This document shows positions 33,177 through 43,339 of a stretch of DNA of 64,000 nt, in pieces. Within the stretch, counting starts at the first letter, position 1; the number at the start of each line of letters is the position of its first letter. Below the pieces are notes generated by a model, which was not told the origin of the DNA, did not search any database, and saw nothing but the letters and a program-made list of their open reading frames with translations. Location: IMG/VR virus record IMGVR_UViG_3300042898_004347, positions 1 to 64,000 of that record, one strand, 5' to 3'. Made by a program: the position numbers and the translations under genes. The DNA comes from a virus.

Positions 33177-34618
33177 ACACTTAAAACATCCATCGAATAT
33201 GCATCGGTATTTGCACGAACCTCGCAATAATATTGTTGTTCAAATTTATGAACGACCGAAGTGATTAAATAGTATCCGCTAAACATTGCCTGATTCTCAA
33301 CGATCTCCTTTTTATTTGGATCTTTTGTTGGCTTAAAGGTTGATCTTAATAACAATTTGACAATTTTACCCGAATGAAAATCAAGGTCACCCGTAATAGT
33401 AAAGTCATGGGATATAAATTGCATGTTTTCGTTCACTGAATTTGCAATATTTATAAATTTATTTTTTGTTGCACTATGGTAATTGTTACTGGTTCCAAGT
33501 GATTTTTCGTTTAACGAAATGTAATTGATATTGGCATTACTAAAATCTGAAAGTGCTGATCCAATTCCAGTTTCGAATAACTTTTCCTGTGCATTAATAA
33601 TTTTACCATCGAATCCGGATGTAGCTTCATTTATTTTATTAAACGGTTCGCGTGTTTCCGGAGTAAATGAATCGGAAAGCGAAGAATTTGCTCCAATTTT
33701 TGCCATCTTTGGAAATTCTACACGATAATCAAAATCAAGAGTTTCAATTTTTTTTGACGAAATATTTACATAAACAGATTTTGAAGCATAGGCTCCATTT
33801 ATACTAGACAAATATTTTGATATTCCGACGTTTGAAGCCAGATTTAAAATGCGGCCCTTTCTCTGATTAAAATCTTCAGTGGTTCCAACCTTGTACTGAA
33901 AGAACTGTCCATCAGTATATTCATTAATATTATTCTCTTTGGCTTTTGCATTAATATCCATATGCGATTCGATATGAATTTTTCCATCAAGCGTTTCATA
34001 GCAATACCATGGGCTTCCATGAGAATCATAGCAGCGGCGAAGGACCCACATAATAGCGTCTATTGGGTTTAAATTTGGAACAATAAATGAAACTAACGGT
34101 GAAGACTGTTTACTCTGAACAATATCTAATGTATTTACTTTTAAATCCTCGGTTAACGTAGTCTTAATAAAATCAGCCATAGTGCCACTAAATGCCCGTG
34201 AAATCTTTTTAAGTTTTGATAGGTAAATATGTCGAGATACTCCCTTTATAGTATAAACCTGAATTCTATTCTCCATTTTTCCATAGAGCGGATATTCAGT
34301 AACAAAAAACATTCTACTTATTGTTTTAGGCTTTTGATTAGCATCGTCTAGCTGACTACCCTGTGTTAAATTTACTGTAATGGTTTCTTGGCCTGTTAAT
34401 TCGCCAATTTCGAAAAAATTAATAGAATCTTTTATACTAATTGAAAGAATCAATCCTGCATGATATATGCTCTCGGTAATTGAAAAATCAGTTTGCATTG
34501 AAGTCAAATCATATGTTTGACCATAATGATTTTCAAGAACAATACTTGTAATTCGATATGCTTCCGGAACGTGAAGTTCGTTAGCATCTCTTTTTTCTAA
34601 ATTTGCCGTCTTACTCAT
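33173..34618 (-). CDS. Baseplate hub protein, gp27-like
   Basis: Position between gp53 and gp5; ITESI, SGYYLITSVVH C-terminal motif. Confidence 0.65.
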   Translation of the reverse strand: MSKTANLEKRDANELHVPEAYRITSIVLENHYGQTYDLTSMQTDFSITESIYHAGLILSISIKDSINFFEIGELTGQETITVNLTQGSQLDDANQKPKTISRMFFVTEYPLYGKMENRIQVYTIKGVSRHIYLSKLKKISRAFSGTMADFIKTTLTEDLKVNTLDIVQSKQSSPLVSFIVPNLNPIDAIMWVLRRCYDSHGSPWYCYETLDGKIHIESHMDINAKAKENNINEYTDGQFFQYKVGTTEDFNQRKGRILNLASNVGISKYLSSINGAYASKSVYVNISSKKIETLDFDYRVEFPKMAKIGANSSLSDSFTPETREPFNKINEATSGFDGKIINAQEKLFETGIGSALSDFSNANINYISLNEKSLGTSNNYHSATKNKFINIANSVNENMQFISHDFTITGDLDFHSGKIVKLLLRSTFKPTKDPNKKEIVENQAMFSGYYLITSVVHKFEQQYYCEVRANTDAYSMDVLSV

Positions 34619-35808
34619 GAGGCATTTTTATTAATTAAACTGTAGTACAGCTGAACAAACTTATAGATGTAATTAGGATGGATGATTCGAATCTTTGATC
34701 TTTGTTCATTTACTTCAATTTCATATGCTCGGTTTGAAACTGCAGTAAGATCCGCATCGCCTGTTCCAACTTGATTTCCTGGGCCGACATCATTGATTCC
34801 TTGTTCATCAACATGCACACTATTATAGGATATTAATCCCTCACTATTTAAATAGTGATGCGGGGCATCCGGAGAACTATAAACTTTATATGATGTAATT
34901 TTATCACCTGAATTCTGGCCAGTAATGATTTCGGTATCCTGGAACAACCTCTCAACCTGAGTAATTGATACATGCGCTCTGGAGCATTTTGACGTGGCTC
35001 CAATGAGAGAAAGACCTGCCGTAAAACCCCCAGATACGTATCCAACCATGAGACTTGTTTGTGATTCAACTTCAAAAATAAGAGCGGATCGAATTGTTCC
35101 GTTTGGCAGAGTCATAGAAATACTTTCTCCCACAGTATATGTGGGATGAGCAGTTCCAGTTCCAGTTCCAATTCCAGTTGCTGTAAAAACAGAGCCAACA
35201 GTGTTTATTACTGCCCCTGGAAATGTTGTATTCCCAACTGTTACAATTTTATAATTTGCCCCTATAACGAAGGAACCCGCAGTTACTGCAACAGGTGCAG
35301 CAACAGTCAGGCGAAATTGAGCAAGAGTAACTGCCTGAAGCTGACTTTGTTGGATATTTTTACTTATTACAATCCCGCGTGCACTAGAGGTACTTCCAAA
35401 AATCGTTTCACCAAACAGAAATCGATTGGCTAAAGAATTTGGTTGGTCAAAAATTAAGCCATCGCCGGTTCGAGATATGTATGGACGAGTTTCAATTATA
35501 ATTCCTGGATATTCCTCCGCAATATATTCAATTAATTCTTGGTCTGGCATTGGCCAACCTGAGATTCCATTCTTTAGATGTTCGTTTATCAGAAAAAACA
35601 CCCAGTAATATTCCGATGTACCATAAAGCGAATTAGATACAATGTCTGGACGTTCACCGTCTCTAATCTGATAATTAATATACGTTGTAATCTCATCGAA
35701 ATATTGTTCATTCGCCTTTACAAATCTAAACAAATCGACGATATTTGTATCGATGCCGTTAGAATCAAAATCGTATGGTATCTTAGGGAACTGTTGAAAG
35801 AATGGCAT
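34615..35808 (-). CDS. gp53: Baseplate wedge subunit gp53 with internal insertion
   Basis: FFQQFP, GERPDIVS..LYG...YYWV, YEIEVNEQRSKIRI. Confidence 0.85.
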   Translation of the reverse strand: MPFFQQFPKIPYDFDSNGIDTNIVDLFRFVKANEQYFDEITTYINYQIRDGERPDIVSNSLYGTSEYYWVFFLINEHLKNGISGWPMPDQELIEYIAEEYPGIIIETRPYISRTGDGLIFDQPNSLANRFLFGETIFGSTSSARGIVISKNIQQSQLQAVTLAQFRLTVAAPVAVTAGSFVIGANYKIVTVGNTTFPGAVINTVGSVFTATGIGTGTGTAHPTYTVGESISMTLPNGTIRSALIFEVESQTSLMVGYVSGGFTAGLSLIGATSKCSRAHVSITQVERLFQDTEIITGQNSGDKITSYKVYSSPDAPHHYLNSEGLISYNSVHVDEQGINDVGPGNQVGTGDADLTAVSNRAYEIEVNEQRSKIRIIHPNYIYKFVQLYYSLINKNAS

Positions 35809-35817
35809 GAGAATAAA

Positions 35818-36987
35818 TTAGGATTTTCTTCCTTCGGACAATTTTTCAATATCCGCAAGAGTAAGCGCTCTGGTTTCTTCGAATGTTAACTGAACATCTG
35901 TTTCGACTGGATGTCCATCCGCGTGAAACATATTACCGCTACTGTTATACACCGAGCTCATTCCTGTAAGGTAACAGTCATATATCCCTGGAAGTTTTGT
36001 ATTTTCTGAAGCCGTGGATCCATCGTAAAAATGTATATTCCATATTGGAGGATATGTTAAAATTAAATCATTTCCCATCGGATACATATTTTGCCGAAAT
36101 CTTTTTATAATTTCAGTAATTGCATCTGCTTCTTTTTTATCCTTTGGCATCATTTTAAATGAAAACTGAAACTGTCTTATTGTACTATTCTGAAATGCCG
36201 TATTTGTATTTGGAGCAACAACCTGACGAGAACCAAAATCTATAAAATTGCTAACATTGTCAAATCCTGTAATTTTAGCCGCAAGTGATGCAACTGCAGC
36301 ACCATTTGCGCTTCTCATTTTATTCATCAGTGTTCCGGCAGCAGCACCAATTGCTCCGCCAGCTCCAGACATAAATCCACCTTCATTCACGGCTGCCGTT
36401 GTTGCTTTTGCGATTGTGGAACCAATAATTCCAAGATCAATGGCGGAATACTGCATATTGTCCGAAAAGGAAATACCTGGAGGAATTGGAAGATAGATAG
36501 ATCTTTCTCCAGAAGCACCCTTTCGGGCAACAAAACCTATAAAGGGAAGCGCGCGAGCGGTAGTAGTAAGGTTAGATGGAAATAGAAGAGGTGGTTCTGA
36601 TCTTGTCCATATCTTTGGGTCGCCCGCATATTCTGAAATTGATGTTCCATTCTGTTGTCGAAGCGTCACCCCGTCAGTATTCTGTCGTTCTGTTAATGCG
36701 GCAGGTGACGCGGTGTTTGGTGGGTCACCTGCTATATTGCCTTCATTTTCGTAACTACGGTCATCATTACGATTAATCTTAGACTCATTAACACTTGGAG
36801 GCGGTGCCTCTGCAATTATAGGGGCCGTTTGCGCAGCTTTTATGGCCGCAGTTTTGTTTACCATCGCCTGAGTATTGCTTGTTGCATCTGCAATATTTTC
36901 AAAGAAGTTACCCAGGGATTTGACCAGAGCTCCAGCAGGATCCGATGGATTCGTGGTACTAACTGGCATGAAATACAAGCCTGGCAT
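35818..36987 (-). CDS. gp48: Baseplate tail-tube cap gp48
   Basis: IYLPIP, RQFQFSFKMMP...EA, LTYP, LTFEE. Confidence 0.8.
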   Translation of the reverse strand: MPGLYFMPVSTTNPSDPAGALVKSLGNFFENIADATSNTQAMVNKTAAIKAAQTAPIIAEAPPPSVNESKINRNDDRSYENEGNIAGDPPNTASPAALTERQNTDGVTLRQQNGTSISEYAGDPKIWTRSEPPLLFPSNLTTTARALPFIGFVARKGASGERSIYLPIPPGISFSDNMQYSAIDLGIIGSTIAKATTAAVNEGGFMSGAGGAIGAAAGTLMNKMRSANGAAVASLAAKITGFDNVSNFIDFGSRQVVAPNTNTAFQNSTIRQFQFSFKMMPKDKKEADAITEIIKRFRQNMYPMGNDLILTYPPIWNIHFYDGSTASENTKLPGIYDCYLTGMSSVYNSSGNMFHADGHPVETDVQLTFEETRALTLADIEKLSEGRKS

Positions 36988-37019
36988 TAGAGTGCACTCC
37001 TAACTTTAAATTTGGTTTG

Positions 37020-37045
37020 CATAAATAGCATTTTAACTATTTATA
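37020..37045. promoter_or_regulatory. Face-to-face late promoters for divergent genes (CATAAATA + at 37020-37027 for gp4; TATAAATA - at 37038-37045 for gp48)
   Basis: Both motifs lie in the short gp48/gp4 intergenic gap. Confidence 0.7.
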
Positions 37046-37485
37046 TGGCATACCGAGGTCGATTCAGCCCAAAGAACCCAAGTAAGTACAGAGGTGACGT
37101 GATTGGCATTGTCTATCGCTCGCTCTGGGAACGACAACTTTTTCGGTGGTTAGACGAACAATCTTTTGTTGCATCATGGTCATCCGAGGAGGTTGTAATA
37201 CCATACCGATGCAAAACGGATGGTCGAATTCATAGGTACTTTGTGGATGTCAAGTTTGAATTTACGGATGGTCGCATTATGTTAATTGAGGTGAAACCGT
37301 CAAAGGAAGTGAGTCCGCCAAAGAATACTGGAAGAAAGACTCGTAGATACATCACAGAGGTTATGACGTATGCAAAGAATATCTCAAAATGGGAGGCGGC
37401 CACTGAATATGCTGCGGATCGGGGATGGATCTTTGAAATCTGGGATGAAAACATGTTAAGGAAACTGGGTATGAAGATCCTTTAG
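37045..37485 (+). CDS. gp4: Head completion nuclease gp4
   Basis: MAYRGRF.PKNP.KY.GD, YRSLWE, WSSEE, HRYFVD, IEVKP; start at ATG 37045. Confidence 0.92.
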   Translation: MAYRGRFSPKNPSKYRGDVIGIVYRSLWERQLFRWLDEQSFVASWSSEEVVIPYRCKTDGRIHRYFVDVKFEFTDGRIMLIEVKPSKEVSPPKNTGRKTRRYITEVMTYAKNISKWEAATEYAADRGWIFEIWDENMLRKLGMKIL

Positions 37486-37493
37486 GATTGTGA

Positions 37494-37501
37494 TATAAAT
37501 A
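37494..37501 (+). promoter_or_regulatory. T4-type late promoter TATAAATA
   Basis: Exact motif 8 nt before gp2. Confidence 0.8.
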
Positions 37502-37509
37502 GATGATCT

Positions 37510-38109
37510 ATGGCAGTCTCACTCTTCACTACTCTCGAAAAAGAGTTCACCACGACGGGATTCGAAAAGCGTTCCGCCCAGGCTCGAGCCTGGTTCACTG
37601 AAAGAGTTAAAGAACTGAATGGTAGAATTAATAGAGTTAAACTGTTAAAAGATGAAAATTTAACAGTTCGATCGATGCCAATATGGGGATCAATGTACAT
37701 GTTTGCATATGATCCCAAGCTAAAGAAAGAATTACCCTATTACGACCGTTTTCCTTTAGTATTAGTCATTCAGCCAGCAGAAGGCGGGTTTCTGGGTCTC
37801 AATCTTCACTATCTACATCCAAAAATCCGTGCAAAGTTTCTGGACAAATTGATGGGAACAATCTCGGATGATAAACTCACAGAGAAAACTCGTTTAAAGG
37901 TTCGTTATAGCCTCCTTGCTTCGGCAAAGAGACTTCGTGAATTTGCGCCATGTTTAAAGCATTACCTCAAGAGCCACATGAAAACCCGAGCTTCCCAGGT
38001 GTTTGCTCCGGAATGGGAGACGGCAATATTTCTTCCAACCGAACACTTTAAAGGTGCCACGAAGAATAAGGTATGGCTCGAATCACGCAAACAATTTCAG
38101 AAAATTTGA
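37510..38109 (+). CDS. gp2: DNA end protector protein gp2
   Basis: YDPKLK..LPYYDRFPL, GLNLHYL, PCLKHYL. Confidence 0.92.
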   Translation: MAVSLFTTLEKEFTTTGFEKRSAQARAWFTERVKELNGRINRVKLLKDENLTVRSMPIWGSMYMFAYDPKLKKELPYYDRFPLVLVIQPAEGGFLGLNLHYLHPKIRAKFLDKLMGTISDDKLTEKTRLKVRYSLLASAKRLREFAPCLKHYLKSHMKTRASQVFAPEWETAIFLPTEHFKGATKNKVWLESRKQFQKI

Positions 38110-38114
38110 TCTAA

Positions 38115-38819
38115 ATGGCAACACTAGTCGACAATATTCTTGGATCCAAAATCGGTAACGCCATTCTTGGTAACTCGATTGACAATTTAAAGACCTCGCT
38201 CATTAAACATGGGGGAGTTGCTCATGAAAATCGGTTCACTGTAAATTTTTCTCCGCCAAAACAGTCCTTGTTTAATTTAGATCTACGTAATATTGTCACA
38301 TCCGCTCTTTCTGGGACATTTAATGCAAAGAATCTGATTAACGATTACAGAGACATTACAATCCTGTGCGAATCCTGCTCATTGCCCGGAAGACAAATCA
38401 TGACTTTGGATTATCAGTTAGAAAAACACGCGGTAAAGCGGCCCTACAGTTTCTTTAACGAAGAGGTCAATTTTACCTTTATTCTCACTGGCGATTATTA
38501 CATGAAGAAAATTTTTGATAAGTGGTCTGAAGAAATCATGGGATTTAATAATTATCGTCTTAACTACATTAAAGACTTTGCAGTTGACGTTACAATAACC
38601 CAGTTAAATAAGAAAAATCTTCCCATCTATACTGTGGTCTTGCACAACGCATATCCAGTTACATTTAATTCAATTGTACTTGACAACACCGCGGAAAATT
38701 CAGTTCAAAAGTTTTCCGTGACCATGGCCTACGAAAACTTCTTCGTGGACAAAGTTCCTACAAGCAAAAACGCAAGCGTAACACTTGGACCTCTTAAGGT
38801 TTTAGAACTTGGAGTGTAA
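38115..38819 (+). CDS. Tail tube-like protein (gp19/gp54 family)
   Basis: CESCSLPG, FDKW, L.NAYP, FSVTMAY. Confidence 0.75.
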   Translation: MATLVDNILGSKIGNAILGNSIDNLKTSLIKHGGVAHENRFTVNFSPPKQSLFNLDLRNIVTSALSGTFNAKNLINDYRDITILCESCSLPGRQIMTLDYQLEKHAVKRPYSFFNEEVNFTFILTGDYYMKKIFDKWSEEIMGFNNYRLNYIKDFAVDVTITQLNKKNLPIYTVVLHNAYPVTFNSIVLDNTAENSVQKFSVTMAYENFFVDKVPTSKNASVTLGPLKVLELGV

Positions 38820-38873
38820 AAATTTTACATTTTATAATACTTTTCGATTGATTAACAACTAAATCATACCTAT

Positions 38874-39614
38874 ATGCCACTACCGATTATTGAAACACCG
38901 AAATATGAAACAAAGCTTCCTTCCACCGGAAAGAAGGTTTTTTACCGTCCATATCTCGTCAAAGAAGAAAAGATGCTCATGATTGCACTTGAGTCTGCTG
39001 ATTCAAAGCAGATCATGCAGGCAGTCAAAGATACGATTTCAGCATGCACATACAATAAGGTGGATCCGGGTGAACTACCTATTTTTGATCTGGAGTATAT
39101 GTTTCTTCGGCTTCGGGCAAAATCTGTGGGAGAAATCTCGAAGCTCAATCTAAAATGTACCAGCTGTGAAAAGAACACTCGTGTTGATGTAAATTTAGAT
39201 GAAATTAAGATTGATGTAAAGAATCTTCCTTCTAACACAATTCAACTGACTGACACAATTGGAATCACAATGAATTGGCCCAAAGTTGATTTAGTTGCTG
39301 AGTTTAGTGGTGAAGGTGATCTGGAGAAACAGAATAAAGCAGAATTGGCTTTTAATATCATTGCTGGATGTATTGAATCTATCTTTGATAGCAAGAGGGT
39401 CTATCCCGCAAAGGATCAAACCAAAGCAGAATTACACGAATTCCTCGAGTCATTGAATCAGAATCAATTCAAAAAGATTCAAGAATTCATTGAGGCTATG
39501 CCAAAATTAGAACATAATGTTGAGTTTGAATGCGCACATTGCAAGACTAAAAATTCTGTACTCATCAAGGGTATTCAAAGTTTTTTCTCATCGCCCTCTC
39601 CCACGACAGTTTGA
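38874..39614 (+). CDS. gp26: Baseplate hub assembly protein gp26
   Basis: MPLP...PKY...LPST, YRPYLVKEEK, FDLEYMFL.LRAKSVGE, two CxxC. Confidence 0.9.
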   Translation: MPLPIIETPKYETKLPSTGKKVFYRPYLVKEEKMLMIALESADSKQIMQAVKDTISACTYNKVDPGELPIFDLEYMFLRLRAKSVGEISKLNLKCTSCEKNTRVDVNLDEIKIDVKNLPSNTIQLTDTIGITMNWPKVDLVAEFSGEGDLEKQNKAELAFNIIAGCIESIFDSKRVYPAKDQTKAELHEFLESLNQNQFKKIQEFIEAMPKLEHNVEFECAHCKTKNSVLIKGIQSFFSSPSPTTV

Positions 39615-39701
39615 TGAATCATTATCAGACTAATTTCGCCCTTATGCAACATCACAAATACAGTCTATCAGAATTAGAACTGATGTTGCCGTGGGAGAGG
39701 G
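39581..39701 (+). promoter_or_regulatory. Candidate -1 programmed ribosomal frameshift signal
   Basis: T TTT TTC at 39581-39587 in correct phase; 6-nt spacer; 39594-39605 is the exact reverse complement of 39690-39701. Confidence 0.65.
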
Positions 39702-39778
39702 AAATCTACGTAGCGCTCTTAGTGGATCATGTCAAAGAGGAGAACGAAAAGGCTAGGAAGAGAACTACATCTAAGTAA
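39614..39778 (+). CDS. gp51: Baseplate hub assembly chaperone gp51 (54 aa, below ORF-track cutoff)
   Basis: MNHYQTNFALMQHHKYSLSELELMLPWEREIYV..., characteristic gp51 motif; -1 frame relative to gp26. Confidence 0.85.
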   Translation: MNHYQTNFALMQHHKYSLSELELMLPWEREIYVALLVDHVKEENEKARKRTTSK

Positions 39779-39792
39779 AGAAACATACCATC

Positions 39793-41676
39793 ATGGCTGA
39801 AGCAAAAGACAAAAACGAAACATTCAAGAATATCCTCCTTGAGCTCATGGTCTCGAATGAGACTCTTGATAAGATTAATGCGAACACACTCAATGCCTCT
39901 GAGATGGGACTTGAGGCTGCCGCTAGTCTTGAATCATTAGTCGCAAATCAGTCATTAAGCAACTCAGGAGGATCTGCAGCCAACGAGGGCGGTTCTCAGC
40001 CGCAGATGGAGTTTCTGACTGAGGGTATGATTTCTATTTTAAATCTTATTGCAACAGATTCGCTCAGAACAGTGGTTGCGTTAAATGCTATAAGCCAGTT
40101 AATGAGCGACACGTTTGAACTGAACAAATCTGAGGCTTTAAAAAACGAGGAAGCTCGGCGCGAGGCTGAAAAGAATAAAAACCGAAATGCTGTGGCTGAC
40201 GTAATTGAAACTCCAGAAATGGAAAGCAGCTTTGGAATAATGGGAACTCTTGCTGCAATTGCTGGACTTGTAGTTGGATTTGTTACTGGAGTCGTCAGTG
40301 CTTTAGTGAGTACCTTTACAAAGGTCATGACAGCAATTGGTAAATTCTTAAAATTGGATGTTCTTCTTGCTAAAATTGGTCTGAGTTCGGCTAAAATTGC
40401 TGAGTTTTTTAAGCCATTAACTGACGGTTTTAAAAAGATATCCACGAATATAAGTGAGGCATTTACATTTGTAAAAACTGCCATTTCAGAATCATCCTTG
40501 GTCAAAAATATCAAAAAATTCTTTGAACCATTAAAAGATCTATTTGCATTCTTCTCAAAGGAAGGATCAATCATTAGCAAAATTACTAGTCTGGGTGGAA
40601 AGGTGAGTTCTTGGTTTTCAAAATTAACAGAAATATTTGGTCTATTCTTCCGAGTTGGAAAGGTATTCGGTAAGCTTTTTGGATATGTTGGAATTGCAAT
40701 ATCAGTATTCGAATCAATCAGCAAGGCCTTTGAAGTCTTCCAAAAGACTGGCGATATTGGTGCCGCGCTTGAAGTTGGAGTTGTCGGTTTCATAAATGCC
40801 TTTACAGGAGAAATCCTAGATCTATTAAAGGATGCTGTCTCCTGGATCGCAGGTGCACTTGGATTTAAAGATGTAGAAAAGTTCCTTGATTCATTTAGCT
40901 TTACTGACATTATTGCGGAATTATTTCATCGGTTCATTAAAGCGGGCAGGGATATGTTTGAGAAATTCTTTCAAAATTTTGTCGACATATTTGACGATAT
41001 TTCGACAAAATTCAACGAAGGGGATATTATCGGAGGTATTGCAGAAATTTTTAGGGGGTTTTTAAAAACTGCGGCAACGCTCCTTCTAGATATACCAAAA
41101 AACCTTTTGGCCAGTGCTGCGGAAGGTCTTGGTTTTGCTTCATTTGCAAAAGATGTAAGAGATTTTAGTTTTTCTTCATTGTTCGGCGGCACAAACACAA
41201 AAACTGGAGGAGACGTTCAGACAGATACGAAAAGTATTACTGCTGCAGCGGGCGACACAACGGCAGCAAAGGCAGCAGCAAAGGTTCTTGAGAAAACAAA
41301 AGATCAGCAGAAAGGCGCGGCTGGGGAAAGCGCAGAAGAAAGCAATCCTCTTGTGAATCTTTTTGGATCCGATCCATTTGGTGATTTTAATAAAGCAGTA
41401 TTAGAAAACTTTAACAGGACGACAAATCCTTCAGGAGCTGCAATTACTCCAGCCACGGTCGAAAATGTTGGTGCTCAGATTGCTGCACTTGGCACTAATA
41501 CATCCGATATGGTACAGGATGCGGCAGGGCGAGCAGCATCTTCAGTCGTGGCTCCAGTAACTAATACTAAAAATAACACAACAAACAATAGCAGCGTTAC
41601 AATTCAGCAATCGAATCTGCCGGATAAGACTGCGCTTTCTCTTCGTCCATCTTGGGTATTCCCAGGCGGATACTAA
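39793..41676 (+). CDS. Putative tape measure / gp29-like protein
   Basis: 627 aa, helical with aromatic periodicity and hydrophobic segments, Asn/Thr-rich tail; follows gp26/gp51. Confidence 0.65.
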   Translation: MAEAKDKNETFKNILLELMVSNETLDKINANTLNASEMGLEAAASLESLVANQSLSNSGGSAANEGGSQPQMEFLTEGMISILNLIATDSLRTVVALNAISQLMSDTFELNKSEALKNEEARREAEKNKNRNAVADVIETPEMESSFGIMGTLAAIAGLVVGFVTGVVSALVSTFTKVMTAIGKFLKLDVLLAKIGLSSAKIAEFFKPLTDGFKKISTNISEAFTFVKTAISESSLVKNIKKFFEPLKDLFAFFSKEGSIISKITSLGGKVSSWFSKLTEIFGLFFRVGKVFGKLFGYVGIAISVFESISKAFEVFQKTGDIGAALEVGVVGFINAFTGEILDLLKDAVSWIAGALGFKDVEKFLDSFSFTDIIAELFHRFIKAGRDMFEKFFQNFVDIFDDISTKFNEGDIIGGIAEIFRGFLKTAATLLLDIPKNLLASAAEGLGFASFAKDVRDFSFSSLFGGTNTKTGGDVQTDTKSITAAAGDTTAAKAAAKVLEKTKDQQKGAAGESAEESNPLVNLFGSDPFGDFNKAVLENFNRTTNPSGAAITPATVENVGAQIAALGTNTSDMVQDAAGRAASSVVAPVTNTKNNTTNNSSVTIQQSNLPDKTALSLRPSWVFPGGY

Positions 41677-41707
41677 AAAAGAGGCTCCCTTTCGAGAGCC
41701 TCCTTTT
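41675..41707. terminator. Bidirectional intrinsic terminator
   Basis: AAAAAA GAGGCTC-cctttcga-GAGCCTC cTTTT between convergent genes. Confidence 0.8.
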
Positions 41708-41733
41708 GCATTATATGGTGAATGAATTTCGGA

Positions 41734-42669
41734 TTAATCTTCCTTTGCAAGTTTTGCAAAGTAGCTGAGGGTATCATCCTCTTTTCCTTCGTCATCGTCA
41801 CTGCCTGCCTCAACAGGCTTAAATGATTCCCTCTGCGGTGCTGCTGCAGGAGTTGCGGCATACCGAGGAGCAGAAGCAGTGGTATCAAGCTCAACCGATT
41901 CAGCGGTTGAAAGAACTTGACCTTCTTCACCCAGGACTTCAAGAAGCTTACGCTTCAATTCATCATAGGACTTGTAATTCTTTGCATCAGTGAATTCCTT
42001 CAGCTGATTCAATTGATTATAGATCTGTTCAAGCTTTGCTTCATCACCGCCAAAGAGGGGTGAAATCGAAGCGAATTCGGATTTGTCATAGTTACGGTAA
42101 CCTTCGACATTACGAATCTTCAGTTTAAAATCCGCACCGGCCCAGAAGTCAAATGGATTGACTGGCTTTTCATCTTGGAAAGATGGCTGCATAAGATCCA
42201 GCATCTTGTCAAAGATTTTCTTACCGAATTTGTAAAGGAAAACCTTTCCATCATTTGCAGGATTGGCTGGATCGGAGATTACCAGAATGTTTGTGACATA
42301 GTGGAGACGGCGCTTACGTGAACGTACGAGATCTTGATCTTCCTGACGTCCAGTTGCCCAGAGTTTAGTATTCAGCTCGCCAACAGGATCAGGCTGGCCG
42401 ATCGAGGTGAGAGAATTTTCGATGTACCAACGACCGCTTGGGCCTTTGAAGCCATGGTCCCAATAACGGACCCATGGAAGTTCTTCACCTTTTGGGGTGG
42501 GAAGGAAACGAATAACGGCATAACCATTACCCGCCTTGTCTACGACTGGTGACCAGAAACGATCATCGTTATAGGATTTCTTCTCTTGGCTTCCTCCAAC
42601 TTTTTGGGCCTGGGCGGTAAGCTTAGTGATTTCGTTTGCACGATTCTTTTTGAGATCTGCGAATGACAT
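41734..42669 (-). CDS. gp32: Single-stranded DNA-binding protein gp32
   Basis: DDRFW, GNGYAVIRFLP, GKVFLYKFGKKIFDK, acidic tail. Confidence 0.96.
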   Translation of the reverse strand: MSFADLKKNRANEITKLTAQAQKVGGSQEKKSYNDDRFWSPVVDKAGNGYAVIRFLPTPKGEELPWVRYWDHGFKGPSGRWYIENSLTSIGQPDPVGELNTKLWATGRQEDQDLVRSRKRRLHYVTNILVISDPANPANDGKVFLYKFGKKIFDKMLDLMQPSFQDEKPVNPFDFWAGADFKLKIRNVEGYRNYDKSEFASISPLFGGDEAKLEQIYNQLNQLKEFTDAKNYKSYDELKRKLLEVLGEEGQVLSTAESVELDTTASAPRYAATPAAAPQRESFKPVEAGSDDDEGKEDDTLSYFAKLAKED

Positions 42670-42718
42670 AGTATTTTTAGTATTGAGGTTGTATGAGTAA
42701 CGTATATGATAGTATCAC

Positions 42719-43339
42719 TTATTCCCTATTTGTAAACCCTAAAAGCACGATTTCTCGCAACTTTTTTATGTCTACTTTCTGTTTGAGGAATGGCTTAAAC
42801 TTCAGAACTTTCTTGGAAAACTCGGGCCATAGAATGGTCTCTGTAATCTTTGAGCGTTTCATAAAGCCCACCATAATGTCTAGAACTACCAAGGTTTCAA
42901 GCTCAATAGTTTTGTCCATCACCAATGTGGCAATTCGTGGATGAGCACCATTCTCAGACTTAAATAAGTCATCGAATGAAAGCCCACTACCCTTACATTG
43001 CCCCACCAGTCTGTCTACTTGATCCGCAAAGAAATAACTCATCGATTCTATCCTTTTCAGATAGAACTTGTAGTTATCCTCTGCAGACTGTTCGACTAGA
43101 TTGCCCGCCCAGCACTTACTCGTATCCAAGGATGCGAAGTTTGCGACCAGGAAGTCAATCAAAATCTGTTTGTCAGGATACTTCTTGGCCAATTTAGCAA
43201 AGAAGTATTTGTCCTTACGTTGAAAGAACGACTTCTGAGTTGCAGAAGTCTTAAAACTGTATTTGATCGCGTCATAAGAATCGCTCTCAAAATGTAGTTT
43301 GATACTATTATATATCAGGTAGGCGTCCCAGGGCTGCAT
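42719..43339 (-). CDS. gp59: Helicase loader gp59
   Basis: Y..IKLHF....YD..KY, RKDKYFFAKLAKKY; adjacent to gp32. Confidence 0.88.
   Translation of the reverse strand: MQPWDAYLIYNSIKLHFESDSYDAIKYSFKTSATQKSFFQRKDKYFFAKLAKKYPDKQILIDFLVANFASLDTSKCWAGNLVEQSAEDNYKFYLKRIESMSYFFADQVDRLVGQCKGSGLSFDDLFKSENGAHPRIATLVMDKTIELETLVVLDIMVGFMKRSKITETILWPEFSKKVLKFKPFLKQKVDIKKLREIVLLGFTNRE

Noticed and set aside
39996-40910. 304-aa antisense ORF (also 12197..13033 and 15026..15769)
   Set aside because: Lie wholly opposite well-supported genes; no recognisable motifs
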